Below, piece by piece: positions 47,232 to 56,847 of a stretch of 64,000 bases of DNA (the first letter of the stretch is position 1; each line of letters begins with the position of its first letter). The notes under the pieces are model-generated. The model saw only the letters and a list, made by a program, of their open reading frames with translations, was not told the DNA's origin and ran no database searches. A program made the position numbers and the translations under genes. This DNA is from Bacteroidia bacterium (GTDB lineage: Bacteria > Bacteroidota > Bacteroidia > NS11-12g > UBA9320): contig JAFMCI010000005.1 of assembly GCA_017857855.1 (NCBI GenBank), positions 1,760 through 65,759 on the forward strand, given 5' to 3'.

Positions 47232-47468
47232 CTAAATCATTTCCAAGGAAGATGAAGAACAGGATTCTTCTAAAATAATTTGTACTGAAGTAGCCTCGGG
47301 AGAATAGGAGATAGGGCTTAAAATTGCTATATCTTCTAATAGTTGGGTATACTCCAGCAGTAATAATTCACTAGCGCTAACCTCACCTAGCATCCGAGCG
47401 TGCTCTTCTGGAGGTAATTCGTTATAAGCTAAAAGGAGTAAGTCGTTTTGAGTAAGGTGTCTTATCAT
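47232..47468 (-). CDS. Small acidic hypothetical protein
   Basis: 78 aa from ATG 47468 (the track start at 47504 is a TTG). Leu/Glu-rich. Last gene of the DUF349-methyltransferase unit. Coding status is uncertain. Confidence 0.35.
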   Translation of the reverse strand: MIRHLTQNDLLLLAYNELPPEEHARMLGEVSASELLLLEYTQLLEDIAILSPISYSPEATSVQIILEESCSSSSLEMI

Positions 47469-47568
47469 ATATTTTGGTGATATTTCTAAGGTTAACGCGG
47501 GCAATTACTTGTAAAGTATATGTTATTGCTTTTTTATTCCAACTTTTTAGCGTGATCCAGGATTTGAT

Positions 47569-48354
47569 CTAGAAGCGAAGCACAAAGTGTTGCTTTTGCA
47601 AAACTGGCCTGCAAAACACAAAACCTAAAAAAAACAAGTCAATACTTACTCCACATTTGTCAGAAGATTTGATCTGCTGCCAGGCTTGCTCCATTGCTGG
47701 CGAGTAATGAATATCATCAAAAATAAAAAGGGTATCGACTTTGGCGTTGTGCTGCAACTGCTCAAAGTAGCGGATGGTAGGCGCGTAGTGATGATTTCCA
47801 TCTACATAAATAATATCAAACTGGGTATCACCTAACTCCGTTAAGGTGTTGTCAAAATTACCAATAATGCATTTAATGTTATGCAGGCCCAGTTGCTCCC
47901 ATAACTGTTTTGCTATCGCCGCCACTTGCGGATCTCCTTCCATAGTTACGAGGCTACTGGATGAAGCAGAAGCGAGATAAGCAGAGGTTATGCCCAAAGA
48001 AGTACCTAATTCTAAGGTTTGCTTAGCTTGGTAGTAGCGAACCGCACTCGCCAAAACACGGGCATATTTCTTTGACTTTAGCGAGTTTTTAGCCATAGTC
48101 GCTATCGACTTTTGGGTAATGACTCCTTGCTTGCCGTAGTCTATAAAAGAAATGTACTGTTCCGATGCACGAAGTTCTTTTCTTTTCAATTCTGCCATCG
48201 GCAGGTGAATTGGGTACGCAGGTTTTAGTACGTGATCTATAAAACTATAAACCAGCGGACTATGCACATCGTGGCGCGTGTCCGAGGTAAGGTAGTAGCG
48301 TATATAGTTTATCGCTATGCGAATTACGGAATAAGGTTTGGAACTTACATCCAT
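47569..48354 (-). CDS. Class I SAM-dependent methyltransferase (O-methyltransferase-like)
   Basis: Motif I (LELGTSLGITSAY) and an acidic motif (IIYVDGNHHY). I place the start at ATG 48354. Confidence 0.65.
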   Translation of the reverse strand: MDVSSKPYSVIRIAINYIRYYLTSDTRHDVHSPLVYSFIDHVLKPAYPIHLPMAELKRKELRASEQYISFIDYGKQGVITQKSIATMAKNSLKSKKYARVLASAVRYYQAKQTLELGTSLGITSAYLASASSSSLVTMEGDPQVAAIAKQLWEQLGLHNIKCIIGNFDNTLTELGDTQFDIIYVDGNHHYAPTIRYFEQLQHNAKVDTLFIFDDIHYSPAMEQAWQQIKSSDKCGVSIDLFFLGFVFCRPVLQKQHFVLRF

Positions 48355-48364
48355 CAATCCACTA

Positions 48365-50284
48365 TTATGATTCGGCTGGTGCTAGCGTGTCTTCGTTAGA
48401 AGCTGCCTGTGCACTGGTCATTTCTTTTTTGGTAGTTCTTAAGGCGCTTAATTCTAACTTAAGTCCATCTATTTGCTTGCGTGCTTTGCTTATTTTTAGC
48501 TCAAATTCCTTCAGCATTTTTTCTGCGGTTTTCGACTTAGCAAAGAAAGACATGTTGTTTTCGATACCCGTAATCTCTTCATTGAGTAAAGATATTTTTC
48601 GCTTGATGTTTTGTTCTTCGTTATCCAGCCCTTTGGTACCCTGGTGCCCACTACCCAATTGTTTAAAATGCTCTGATAAATTGGCAGATTTGGCTGCTTC
48701 TATTTGAGAGCTAAACTTGGTGTACACAGCATTATTAGCAGCTTCATAGGCATTACTTATCGCTTTGATAGATTTGTGCGGTACAAAACCGATTGCTTTC
48801 CAAGCTGCGTTTATTTCTTTCAATTGAGCAAAGGCTTCTTTGTGTGTAATATCTTGAGTAGCTAACGCTTCTAAGGAAATCAACAAGGCTTGTTTTTGAA
48901 GCAAGTTCGAATTTTCTTCGTCTTTTCTACCTGCGAAGGCTTGATTTTTAGCATTGAAATAAACATCACAAGCTGCTCTGAATCGTTGCCAAATAGCTTG
49001 GTTTACTTTTTCAGGTACAGGACCTATTTTTTTCCAATCGTCTTGCAACGCTAAAATTTGTTTGGTCGCATTAGACCAGTCGGTGCTATCTTTAAGCGAC
49101 TCCGCTTTTTCGCAAAGTGCTTGTTTTAGTTTTAGATTATCGCCTTTAGCATCATTTTGCGTTTTAAAATGCAATTTACGCTTAGTATAAAAATCATTTC
49201 TTACGCCATTAAATTGAATCCAAACCGCATCATTGTTGGATTTAGGTACAGGTCCTATCTTTTTCCACTCTTCGAAAAGTTTTTCAAACGACTTTGTTTT
49301 TTCTGACCAATCTTGTGGAGAACGAGGATCTACGGCGTTTAGTAAATTGGCTTTCTCAGCTAAGATTTGTTTTTTGGCAAGGTTAACTTCCTTTACGGTT
49401 TCCATGTCCGTAAACACCTGTCGTTTCGCCTCATATACCATGTCGCTAGCCGTTTTAAAGGCTTGCCAAATAGGTTCTCTACTTTCTGTAGGTACAGGAC
49501 CTATATTTTTAAACTCTTCGTGGTATTTATTCAATAGAATAAAACTTCTTTTCAAAGAAGCCTCGTTCAATACTTCTTCTACTTTTTTGGTAAGCTCTAT
49601 TTTGGCACTTAGATTTTTTTGGCGATCGAGCTCTTTTAATTCGATGTTAATACCATGATTGTCATAAAATCTATTTAGTAGTAAATTATAAGAGTCCCAT
49701 AACTCATTAACGACATCTTTTGGTAACACACGAATGGTTTTCCATTCCCGCTGAATATCTTTTACTTCATTAATACTCTCCAGCGTTTCATCCTTGTCCA
49801 CCAATTGCTCCAGGCGCACGAGTAAATCTTGTTTAATCTTCAGATTTTTTTGACGCTCTTCTTGTATTCTCTTTTTTTCCTCAGCTCTGGCCAGTTTTAT
49901 CTGCTCGTCTAAAGAAACCATGTCTTGAACCAACTTCTCTTTACTGTAGGTAAAAGAAATCTCTGTATCAGTATTGGCAAGGTTAAATGCTGAGCGCTCT
50001 TCTTCTTTATCCAGATTTAGTTTTTCGTAGAAATAGGTTTTGATAACTTTTAGCTTTTTAAAAGCAGCGGTAGGAGTAAGCACCAAAATGGTACTTGCCA
50101 CCTCCATTATTTCTTCTAACGATTTTCCATCTAATTCAGAAGCATCAAACACTTGCTCTTCCTCTATTTCACGCATCACAGACTTATGCATTTTTTCGAT
50201 GCTTAGATCTACATTTTCTGTTTCAACGGCAATAGTTTCTACCTTACTAAGATCGGTATTATCTATGTTTGATTCTTTATTCAT
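48365..50284 (-). CDS. DUF349 repeat protein
   Basis: Five or more repeats of the W..IGPVP......W..F type (EWKKIGPVPKSNNDAVWIQF, DWKKIGPVPEKVNQAIWQRF), coiled-coil rich. I place the start at ATG 50284. Confidence 0.65.
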   Translation of the reverse strand: MNKESNIDNTDLSKVETIAVETENVDLSIEKMHKSVMREIEEEQVFDASELDGKSLEEIMEVASTILVLTPTAAFKKLKVIKTYFYEKLNLDKEEERSAFNLANTDTEISFTYSKEKLVQDMVSLDEQIKLARAEEKKRIQEERQKNLKIKQDLLVRLEQLVDKDETLESINEVKDIQREWKTIRVLPKDVVNELWDSYNLLLNRFYDNHGINIELKELDRQKNLSAKIELTKKVEEVLNEASLKRSFILLNKYHEEFKNIGPVPTESREPIWQAFKTASDMVYEAKRQVFTDMETVKEVNLAKKQILAEKANLLNAVDPRSPQDWSEKTKSFEKLFEEWKKIGPVPKSNNDAVWIQFNGVRNDFYTKRKLHFKTQNDAKGDNLKLKQALCEKAESLKDSTDWSNATKQILALQDDWKKIGPVPEKVNQAIWQRFRAACDVYFNAKNQAFAGRKDEENSNLLQKQALLISLEALATQDITHKEAFAQLKEINAAWKAIGFVPHKSIKAISNAYEAANNAVYTKFSSQIEAAKSANLSEHFKQLGSGHQGTKGLDNEEQNIKRKISLLNEEITGIENNMSFFAKSKTAEKMLKEFELKISKARKQIDGLKLELSALRTTKKEMTSAQAASNEDTLAPAES

Positions 50285-50312
50285 TGGATATTTTAAAAGA
50301 GTGCAAAAATGG

Positions 50313-50320
50313 TATTTTTG
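50313..50320 (+). promoter_or_regulatory. Candidate Bacteroidota -7 box (TATTTTTG)
   Basis: Exact TAnnTTTG match ending 7 nt before the ATG at 50328. Confidence 0.4.
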
Positions 50321-50327
50321 AACCATA

Positions 50328-51203
50328 ATGCCAACTCAACCTCAAGAAGGAAAAATTAAAATCATAGAGTGCCCAAGAGATGCGATGCAGGGCATACTAG
50401 ATTTCATCCCAACACGAGATAAAATACAGTATATCAACGAGTTAATGAAGGTTGGTTTTGACTCGTTGGATTGCGGAAGTTTTGTATCTCCTAAGGCTAT
50501 TCCGCAAATGAGAGATACTTCTGAGGTTTTAGATCAAATTAATTTGGAAAAAAATGGCACAAAACTCTCTGTTATTGTGGCCAATGAGCGTGGAGCTGCA
50601 GATGCCGTTCTTCACGAAAAAATAAGCTACCTGGGTTTTCCGTTTAGCATTTCAGAAACGTTTCAACGCAGAAACACCAATAGTTCAATTAATGATTCAT
50701 TGGAAACGGTAAAACACCTTTTAGACCTTTGTGATAAAAATAGTAAAAGTTTAACCATTTATATCTCTATGGGATTCGGAAACCCTTACAATGATGAATG
50801 GAGTGTCACTATTGTAAATGATTGGATAGGAAAATTAGCAGCGCTAGGAGTTAAGGAATTTTCTTTGTCCGACACCGTAGGCGTTTCAACTCCTGAAACG
50901 ATTGCAGGTGTTTTTTCTAATGCATTACAAGCATTTCCTGAGTTAGAATTTGGCGGTCATTTTCACACTACCCCTTGGGAGTGGAAAGAAAAAGTAGAGG
51001 CTGCTTATCAAAACGGCTGCATGCGTTTTGACGGTGCTATAAAAGGCTATGGCGGCTGTCCTATGGCCAAAGACGACTTAGTAGGAAATATGCCGACGGA
51101 GCTCCTTATTGAATTTTTTGGGTACGAAAAACTAGGCCTAAAAAAAGCCCCTTTTGAAGGAGCTTTTAATTTAGCTGAAACTATTTTTAATCACTATTCG
51201 TGA
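50328..51203 (+). CDS. Hydroxymethylglutaryl-CoA lyase
   Basis: IIECPRDAMQG, LSDTVGV and GGHFHTT are typical of HMGL-like TIM-barrel lyases. Confidence 0.85.
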   Translation: MPTQPQEGKIKIIECPRDAMQGILDFIPTRDKIQYINELMKVGFDSLDCGSFVSPKAIPQMRDTSEVLDQINLEKNGTKLSVIVANERGAADAVLHEKISYLGFPFSISETFQRRNTNSSINDSLETVKHLLDLCDKNSKSLTIYISMGFGNPYNDEWSVTIVNDWIGKLAALGVKEFSLSDTVGVSTPETIAGVFSNALQAFPELEFGGHFHTTPWEWKEKVEAAYQNGCMRFDGAIKGYGGCPMAKDDLVGNMPTELLIEFFGYEKLGLKKAPFEGAFNLAETIFNHYS

Positions 51204-52861
51204 TTCACAATTAGCTTTTTGGCTACGTGTATATCATCTCCAGTTACAGTAATAAAGTACGTTCCGTTAGGTAACTCGGTTACGCTAAATGGTTCCCCTG
51301 GTTCTAGAACGCATATTTGCTTACCTGCTATAGAGTACAATTGAATTAGCGCATTGTTGAGGTTGAATAATCCATTGGATGCAAAGGTTACAGTTGACGT
51401 GGCAGGGTTTGGATAAAGTGTTATAAAATGTGCATCTTGGTATTTATTAACTGCCCCTGTAGTAGAAACAATGAAGTAGTTTTCTGCATTTTTCACGTCT
51501 TCTCCAAAACTATTGGTTATAGTCAATTTCACATTATAAAATCCAGCCACAGAAAAGCTTAAATCTAAGGTGTCACTGGTCAGACTTCCTGCACTAATCG
51601 TATATGTACTTGGCGATATGGCCCAAGCGCGGTTCGTGGCAGCTTGACCCGTACTAATGTCTTTTAGCGTAACCGTTTGATTGGTCAATATATTATTTTT
51701 GGTAGTTGTAAAATCAGCTCCAGGAGCAAGGGAGTTAATAGTAACTTTACGTATTAAATGACTTGCTGTAAATAGGCTATTTTCAGTTACATACAAATTA
51801 CCTTGGCCATCAGATTCCATGCCTGCGAGTTCAGTAAAATTAGCATTAGATCCTGTGCCGTCTGCTATACCTGCCACACTTACATCTCCGGCAAAAGTAG
51901 ATACGGAGTTGTTTGATACATTAATTGCTCTAATTACATTATAATCATTTACATAGATAATTCCGTTTACTACGGCCACTCCAGTAGGTGCTCTAAATCG
52001 TGCTTCGCTTAAAGTTCCATCCACGTGCTGTGGATTAGGTCCTGTTTTGGAGCCTGTAAGCGTGGTAGTTTCTCCACTGTATATATTGACTAGTCTAATA
52101 TTTCCGTTCCAACGATCAGTTACTACTATCTGATTACTGCTATACATCGCTACTCCCCAAGGAAGTCCAAAACGTGCAACACCTGCTGTTCCATCATCAG
52201 TACCTTTAGTCATAACAGCGCCTGCCAACGTAGTAACTACGCCAGAAGCTGATATTTTTCTAATAGTTGAGTTATTTTGATCGGTAACATAGAAATTACC
52301 ATCACTATCCTTGGTAATATCCGTTGGGGTGTCAAACCGTGCGCCGGTACCAGTTCCATCACTTGATCCTGATGTACCATAACCTGGAAGACCCGTTGTA
52401 CTGGCTGCTCCAGCAAATGTGGTAACTATTTGTCCGCTTCCTAAACTACCAAAAGCAGATATTTTCCGAATACAATGATTGTCAGCATCAGCCACATAAA
52501 TATTGCCGCTCGCATCACTTTCTAATCCTTTGGGATTTCGGAAAGTAGACTGTGTACCTGTTCCGTTTTTGTAACCCTCAGATAAAGCAGTACTTTGTAA
52601 ACTACCCGCTCTTATATAAAGTAGGTTGTTTGCAATAACCCTAACTTTATTCTGTTCAGAGATATACATTTTTCCGCTATTATCAAAACATATGCCGGCA
52701 GGAGAAGCAAAATAAGTGTTGGTTAAAGCTGCACCAGAGGTAGACTCATACTTGGTATAAATGTCGTCATTTGCTTTACCTGCAAAAGTTACCACGTTTT
52801 GCGAGTAACCTGTATTTACTGCAAAAAGTAGAATAAGTAAGGTTATGTTGTTTTTTTTCAT
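51194..52861 (-). CDS. Secreted NHL-repeat / PKD-domain protein with T9SS C-terminal sorting domain
   Basis: Signal peptide, repeated NHL-like blades (P.G...D..GN.YV.D..N..IRKI), a PKD-like segment, and a C-terminal LYPNPATSTVTF...VAKKLIVNHE typical of a T9SS type-A CTD. I place the start at ATG 52861. Confidence 0.75.
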   Translation of the reverse strand: MKKNNITLLILLFAVNTGYSQNVVTFAGKANDDIYTKYESTSGAALTNTYFASPAGICFDNSGKMYISEQNKVRVIANNLLYIRAGSLQSTALSEGYKNGTGTQSTFRNPKGLESDASGNIYVADADNHCIRKISAFGSLGSGQIVTTFAGAASTTGLPGYGTSGSSDGTGTGARFDTPTDITKDSDGNFYVTDQNNSTIRKISASGVVTTLAGAVMTKGTDDGTAGVARFGLPWGVAMYSSNQIVVTDRWNGNIRLVNIYSGETTTLTGSKTGPNPQHVDGTLSEARFRAPTGVAVVNGIIYVNDYNVIRAINVSNNSVSTFAGDVSVAGIADGTGSNANFTELAGMESDGQGNLYVTENSLFTASHLIRKVTINSLAPGADFTTTKNNILTNQTVTLKDISTGQAATNRAWAISPSTYTISAGSLTSDTLDLSFSVAGFYNVKLTITNSFGEDVKNAENYFIVSTTGAVNKYQDAHFITLYPNPATSTVTFASNGLFNLNNALIQLYSIAGKQICVLEPGEPFSVTELPNGTYFITVTGDDIHVAKKLIVNHE

Positions 52862-52874
52862 GGAGGTCATTCTT

Positions 52875-53837
52875 TTAGATAGTCGCGATGTAGTGATTAA
52901 CATTTTGTTCTATGGTATTTTGAATATTATCATACGTTCTAGGCACAAATTTTTCGCCCGTTATCTTTTCAAAAAGTTCAATGTATCTTTCAGAAATAGA
53001 ATTAACAAACTCCGGAGACATAACAGGAATTAGTTGTCCTTCTTTACCCTGAAATCCTTCAGAAATCAACCATTGTCTCACAAATTCTTTGGATAGTTGT
53101 CTTTGAGTTTCACCTTTAGCTTGCATTTCTTCGTAAGTGTCTGCATAGAAATAACGAGAAGAGTCAGGTGTATGAATTTCATCTATGAGATAAATTTTGT
53201 TGTCTAACTTACCAAACTCGTATTTGGTATCTACCAAAATAAGTCCCCTAGTTTTGGCAAAATTATTACCATACTCATACAGCGCTAGCGCATAGGCTTT
53301 CAACTGTGCTAATTCTGTCTTATTAATTATTTTTTGCTCCAGAATTTCTTCATAGCTGATATCCAAATCGTGTCCACTTTCTGCTTTAGTTGTTGGTGTA
53401 AGGATAGGAGTAGGTAATTTATCGTTTTCACGTAAACCGTCTGGTAAGCTAACACCACATACTTCTCTTTTACCTTCAGCATACTCTCTCCAGGCATGTC
53501 CTGCTAAGTAGCCTCTTACCACAAACTCCACAGCATAAGGATTACAATTAATACCAACAGTTACATGCGGATCAGGCTCTGCTATTTTCCAATTAGGTAC
53601 TATATCCTTCGTATCGTTTAAAAACTTCGAGGCTATCTGGTTTAATACTTGACCTTTGTAAGGTATCGCGCTTGGCAATACGTGATCAAAGGCAGAGATT
53701 CTATCACTGGCCACCAATACTATTCTATCATGGCCGATGTTGTATACATCTCTAACCTTGCCTCGTCTAAAATCAACCTGATCTTTAAAGAAAAAATTGG
53801 TTGATACTAATGCTGTTTCTTGTCCCATTGCGCTCAT
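52875..53837 (-). CDS. purC: Phosphoribosylaminoimidazole-succinocarboxamide synthase
   Basis: GKVRDVY, ASDRISAFD, LVDTKYEFG and DEIHTPDSSR are SAICAR synthetase motifs (long form). Confidence 0.9.
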   Translation of the reverse strand: MSAMGQETALVSTNFFFKDQVDFRRGKVRDVYNIGHDRIVLVASDRISAFDHVLPSAIPYKGQVLNQIASKFLNDTKDIVPNWKIAEPDPHVTVGINCNPYAVEFVVRGYLAGHAWREYAEGKREVCGVSLPDGLRENDKLPTPILTPTTKAESGHDLDISYEEILEQKIINKTELAQLKAYALALYEYGNNFAKTRGLILVDTKYEFGKLDNKIYLIDEIHTPDSSRYFYADTYEEMQAKGETQRQLSKEFVRQWLISEGFQGKEGQLIPVMSPEFVNSISERYIELFEKITGEKFVPRTYDNIQNTIEQNVNHYIATI

Positions 53838-53858
53838 CTTCTATTAAGAAATTCGATT

Positions 53859-53866
53859 CAAAAATA
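53859..53866 (-). promoter_or_regulatory. Candidate Bacteroidota -7 box (TATTTTTG on minus strand)
   Basis: Exact TAnnTTTG match 22 nt upstream of the purC ATG at 53837. Confidence 0.4.
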
Positions 53867-53900
53867 TAAATAACTCTGTTTCGTCTATTGTTACAATTTA

Positions 53901-54902
53901 CTAACGTACAGATTCCAAAAACTTTAAGGTATCTATATTATCTGCAAAATCTTGTATATCAGGGTTTTGTGATTTTCCAAACGGAACTATATCCGGATGA
54001 GAATAGTTACCCACAATACATTGTATTTCATCTGTGTTTTTTTCTACAAAATCATCTACTTCCCCTAATGAATTATAAAACGCATAGTTAATACAAGCCA
54101 ATGGAGCATGTATATCGAGTCGTTCTTTAGGTAAAACAAACCCTGTATCTAGATGCTGCTCTCCATTCATGAGCAATATGGCTCTATGGTAGGTGTAGTT
54201 GTTAGCGTATTTATTATGATTAGATAGCTCTTTGTAGGTCATAAAATGATCTAAAATCCTTACAATATCCATGTTTTTAGGCAAATAAAGGAAGCTAACA
54301 TTACGACATCCTAAACCATAATGTTTAAATACATCGTGCGCTAGATTGTTTAAATCCTCATCACTTTCACTTCCGTCCAGCACGGCAATAGACTTTCTAT
54401 TCTTTCTAAGCAAATTGGGTATATGCTTAAAATAATATTGGAAGTATCGAAATGAATTATTACTTCCTGTTGCAATAACCGCGTCAATAGAATCTAGCCG
54501 TTCAACGATGTGTATTCGGTCTATTAAACCATTTGTCACCAAAAAATCAACGATATACAGCATAACATACTTATCATCGCTACTCGGTTTTACGATAGCA
54601 ATGTGTCCGCTTAATAGGGTACAAAGTAGATCATGGAAACCTACCATAGGTATGTTTCCCGCCATGATTAAACCTATTTTCTTAGGAACCGATGTAAACG
54701 CATAAGAAGCACTAAATATTTCTAAATTTTCTGTGTAAAGTATGGATTTCCAGTGGTTTATGGCTTGCCAATAACTTTCGGCAGTTAACCAATTATTTTC
54801 ATAATAGGTTTTTTGTATGGCTTCATTTAAAGCCTCGTTTGAAGCATTAAACGAATCTCCTAGTTTTACTAAAACTGATTGTATCTCCGATTTTGAAATC
54901 AT
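53901..54902 (-). CDS. Acyl-CoA reductase (LuxC-like) family protein
   Basis: 333 aa with IGLIMAGNIPMVGFHDLL and HYGLGCRNVS (candidate catalytic Cys), resembling LuxC-type acyl-CoA reductases. Family assignment from memory. Confidence 0.55.
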   Translation of the reverse strand: MISKSEIQSVLVKLGDSFNASNEALNEAIQKTYYENNWLTAESYWQAINHWKSILYTENLEIFSASYAFTSVPKKIGLIMAGNIPMVGFHDLLCTLLSGHIAIVKPSSDDKYVMLYIVDFLVTNGLIDRIHIVERLDSIDAVIATGSNNSFRYFQYYFKHIPNLLRKNRKSIAVLDGSESDEDLNNLAHDVFKHYGLGCRNVSFLYLPKNMDIVRILDHFMTYKELSNHNKYANNYTYHRAILLMNGEQHLDTGFVLPKERLDIHAPLACINYAFYNSLGEVDDFVEKNTDEIQCIVGNYSHPDIVPFGKSQNPDIQDFADNIDTLKFLESVR

Positions 54903-54989
54903 AAATGAGTTGCAAAGTTCTTTTTTCTTAATAAAATGTTAACCATTACTTGATTTTGTTATCCATATTTTACACGAAATTTGAAGATT

Positions 54990-55457
54990 ATGATATGGAA
55001 AAAATTAGAAGGTGAACCACTTAAGCGGGATATTATGGTGGAAATTGAAGACGCCTTGAAAGCAGAAAAAGGAAACAATGTAAAAGTGTGCATAGGATCC
55101 GACTCGCAAGTAAAGGCTGAAATTACTGAATTTGCAACAGCCATAGTTTTTCTGAGAGAAGGCCGTGGAGGTTTTGTTTTTGTGAAGAAATATGTCTCTG
55201 AGCATAAGTTTACTATAAAAGAAAGAATGATCCAAGAAGTAGCTGACAGTGTTCAGTTTGCCTATAAAATTTGCCCTATATTAGATAAGTACAATACATC
55301 ATTAGAAGTACATGCCGATATAAACACAGATCCTAATTTTAAATCTAATGTGGCACTTAAAGAAGCAATGGGATATATTTTAGGCATGGGTTACACTTTC
55401 AAGGCTAAACCTGATGCCTTCGCAAGCACGTATTGTGCTGGAAAAGTAGTCAGCTGA
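54990..55457 (+). CDS. RNase H-like YkuK/DUF458 family protein
   Basis: VCIGSDSQVK...FATAIVF...LEVHADIN, as I recall for this family. I place the start at ATG 54990. Confidence 0.6.
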   Translation: MIWKKLEGEPLKRDIMVEIEDALKAEKGNNVKVCIGSDSQVKAEITEFATAIVFLREGRGGFVFVKKYVSEHKFTIKERMIQEVADSVQFAYKICPILDKYNTSLEVHADINTDPNFKSNVALKEAMGYILGMGYTFKAKPDAFASTYCAGKVVS

Positions 55458-55493
55458 TTTTCATAATGAGCATCACCACTTTAAAATGAGTAC

Positions 55494-55501
55494 TATCTTT
55501 G
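55494..55501 (+). promoter_or_regulatory. Candidate Bacteroidota -7 box (TATCTTTG)
   Basis: Exact TAnnTTTG match ending 4 nt before the mgsA ATG at 55506, implying a leaderless or near-leaderless transcript. Confidence 0.35.
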
Positions 55502-55505
55502 CCTC

Positions 55506-55883
55506 ATGATTAAAATAGCCCTTATTGCTCACGATGGTAAAAAAGCCTCCATGGTAGACTTTGTGCTAAAGCGTCTCGATTTTTTCAATAGACACGATGT
55601 AGACATAGTAGCGACGGGTACCACCGGCAGCATGATTGTAAATGCGGGTGTCGAAAAAGCACAGCGTGTGGCAAGCGGTCCTATGGGTGGCGATGCCGAA
55701 ATTGGAGCTATGGTGACCAGAGGAGAAATAGAAGCTATTATTTTTTTTAGAGATCCGCTAGACAAACATCCGCATGATGTAGATATTAGTATGCTAATGC
55801 GCTTGTGTGACGTACATAATGTTCCATTAGCTACCAATTACAAAGCAGCAGATATTTTAGTGACCTATTACACCAAGTTATAA
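55506..55883 (+). CDS. mgsA: Methylglyoxal synthase
   Basis: IALIAHDGKK, ATGTTG, SGPMGGD and FFRDPL..HPHDVD are canonical MGS motifs. Confidence 0.9.
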   Translation: MIKIALIAHDGKKASMVDFVLKRLDFFNRHDVDIVATGTTGSMIVNAGVEKAQRVASGPMGGDAEIGAMVTRGEIEAIIFFRDPLDKHPHDVDISMLMRLCDVHNVPLATNYKAADILVTYYTKL

Positions 55884-56290
55884 TGCCGAGAATAATAGCC
55901 TTAGACTATGGAGGTAAACGCACCGGAATAGCCACAACAGATCCCCTTCAAATTATAGCGACTCCCCTTATAACGGTAGAAACCAGAGATTTAATGGATT
56001 TTCTGACCACTTATTTTCAGAAAGAAGAGGTAAGTGATATGGTTGTAGGCCAGCCTACGCGACATGATGGAAGTTTTTCGGCTATAGAGCAATATATCTT
56101 GGAATTTATTGAAAAATTTAAAACTACTCATCCGTCTGTTAAAGTGCATCGTATCAACGAAATGTACAGTTCTCAAGATGCGATGCAGGCACTTATTCAT
56201 AGTGGTGTAAAAAAGAAAGACCGACGAGACAAGAAATTGTTGGATAGCACGGCAGCAACCTTACTTTTGCAAGAGTTTTTATACGAATAA
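55883..56290 (+). CDS. ruvX: Holliday junction resolvase-like RuvX/YqgF
   Basis: IIALDYGGKRTGIA, VVGQP and DSTAATLLLQEF. TAATG coupling on both sides. Confidence 0.85.
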   Translation: MPRIIALDYGGKRTGIATTDPLQIIATPLITVETRDLMDFLTTYFQKEEVSDMVVGQPTRHDGSFSAIEQYILEFIEKFKTTHPSVKVHRINEMYSSQDAMQALIHSGVKKKDRRDKKLLDSTAATLLLQEFLYE

Positions 56291-56847
56291 TGATTTATCC
56301 AATACGCGCCTTCGGAGATCCTATTTTACGTGCCAAATGCCAAGAAATAACTGCATTTGATGACGATTTTAAAAAATTAGTAGCTGACATGTACGAAACG
56401 ATGGATGCTAGCGATGGCGTTGGTCTAGCTGCTCCACAAATCGGAAAAAATGTTCGTCTGTTTTTAATAGATTCTACAGTATTTGATTCCGAAAAAGAAA
56501 ATATTGGAGTCCGAAAAGCTTTTGTAAACCCACAAATTGTGGAAGAAACGGGAGAGGAGTGGCCCTTTGAAGAAGGATGTTTAAGCATACCTGACGTGAG
56601 AGAAGATGTGTTACGAAAGCCTACACTTATCTTAAAATTCCAAGATGAAACAGGACAACATTTTCAAGAAAGATATGATGGTATGACCGCTCGTGTTATA
56701 CAGCATGAATATGACCATATTGAAGGAGTACTTTTTATTGATCATGTATCTGCGTTTAAACGACAATTAATTAAAAGTAAACTGACCAATATTAGCAAAG
56801 GAAAAGTTAATGTCAGATACCGAATGAAGTTTCATAAAGGTAAGTGA
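56290..56847 (+). CDS. def: Peptide deformylase
   Basis: GVGLAAPQIG, EGCLSIP and QHEYDHIEG are the three PDF motifs. Confidence 0.92.
   Translation: MIYPIRAFGDPILRAKCQEITAFDDDFKKLVADMYETMDASDGVGLAAPQIGKNVRLFLIDSTVFDSEKENIGVRKAFVNPQIVEETGEEWPFEEGCLSIPDVREDVLRKPTLILKFQDETGQHFQERYDGMTARVIQHEYDHIEGVLFIDHVSAFKRQLIKSKLTNISKGKVNVRYRMKFHKGK

Noticed and set aside
48387-50321. Three plus-strand ORFs (48387..48707, 49233..49658, 50040..50321) antisense to the DUF349 gene.
   Set aside because: They are the antisense of a Lys/Glu-rich coiled-coil gene, which yields long Phe/Leu/Ser-rich open frames. No independent signals support them.
55529-55837. 102-aa minus-strand ORF covering mgsA, and the minus-strand ORFs at 54959..55235 covering the YkuK-like gene.
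   Set aside because: The plus-strand frames carry canonical family motifs, so the antisense frames are shadows.
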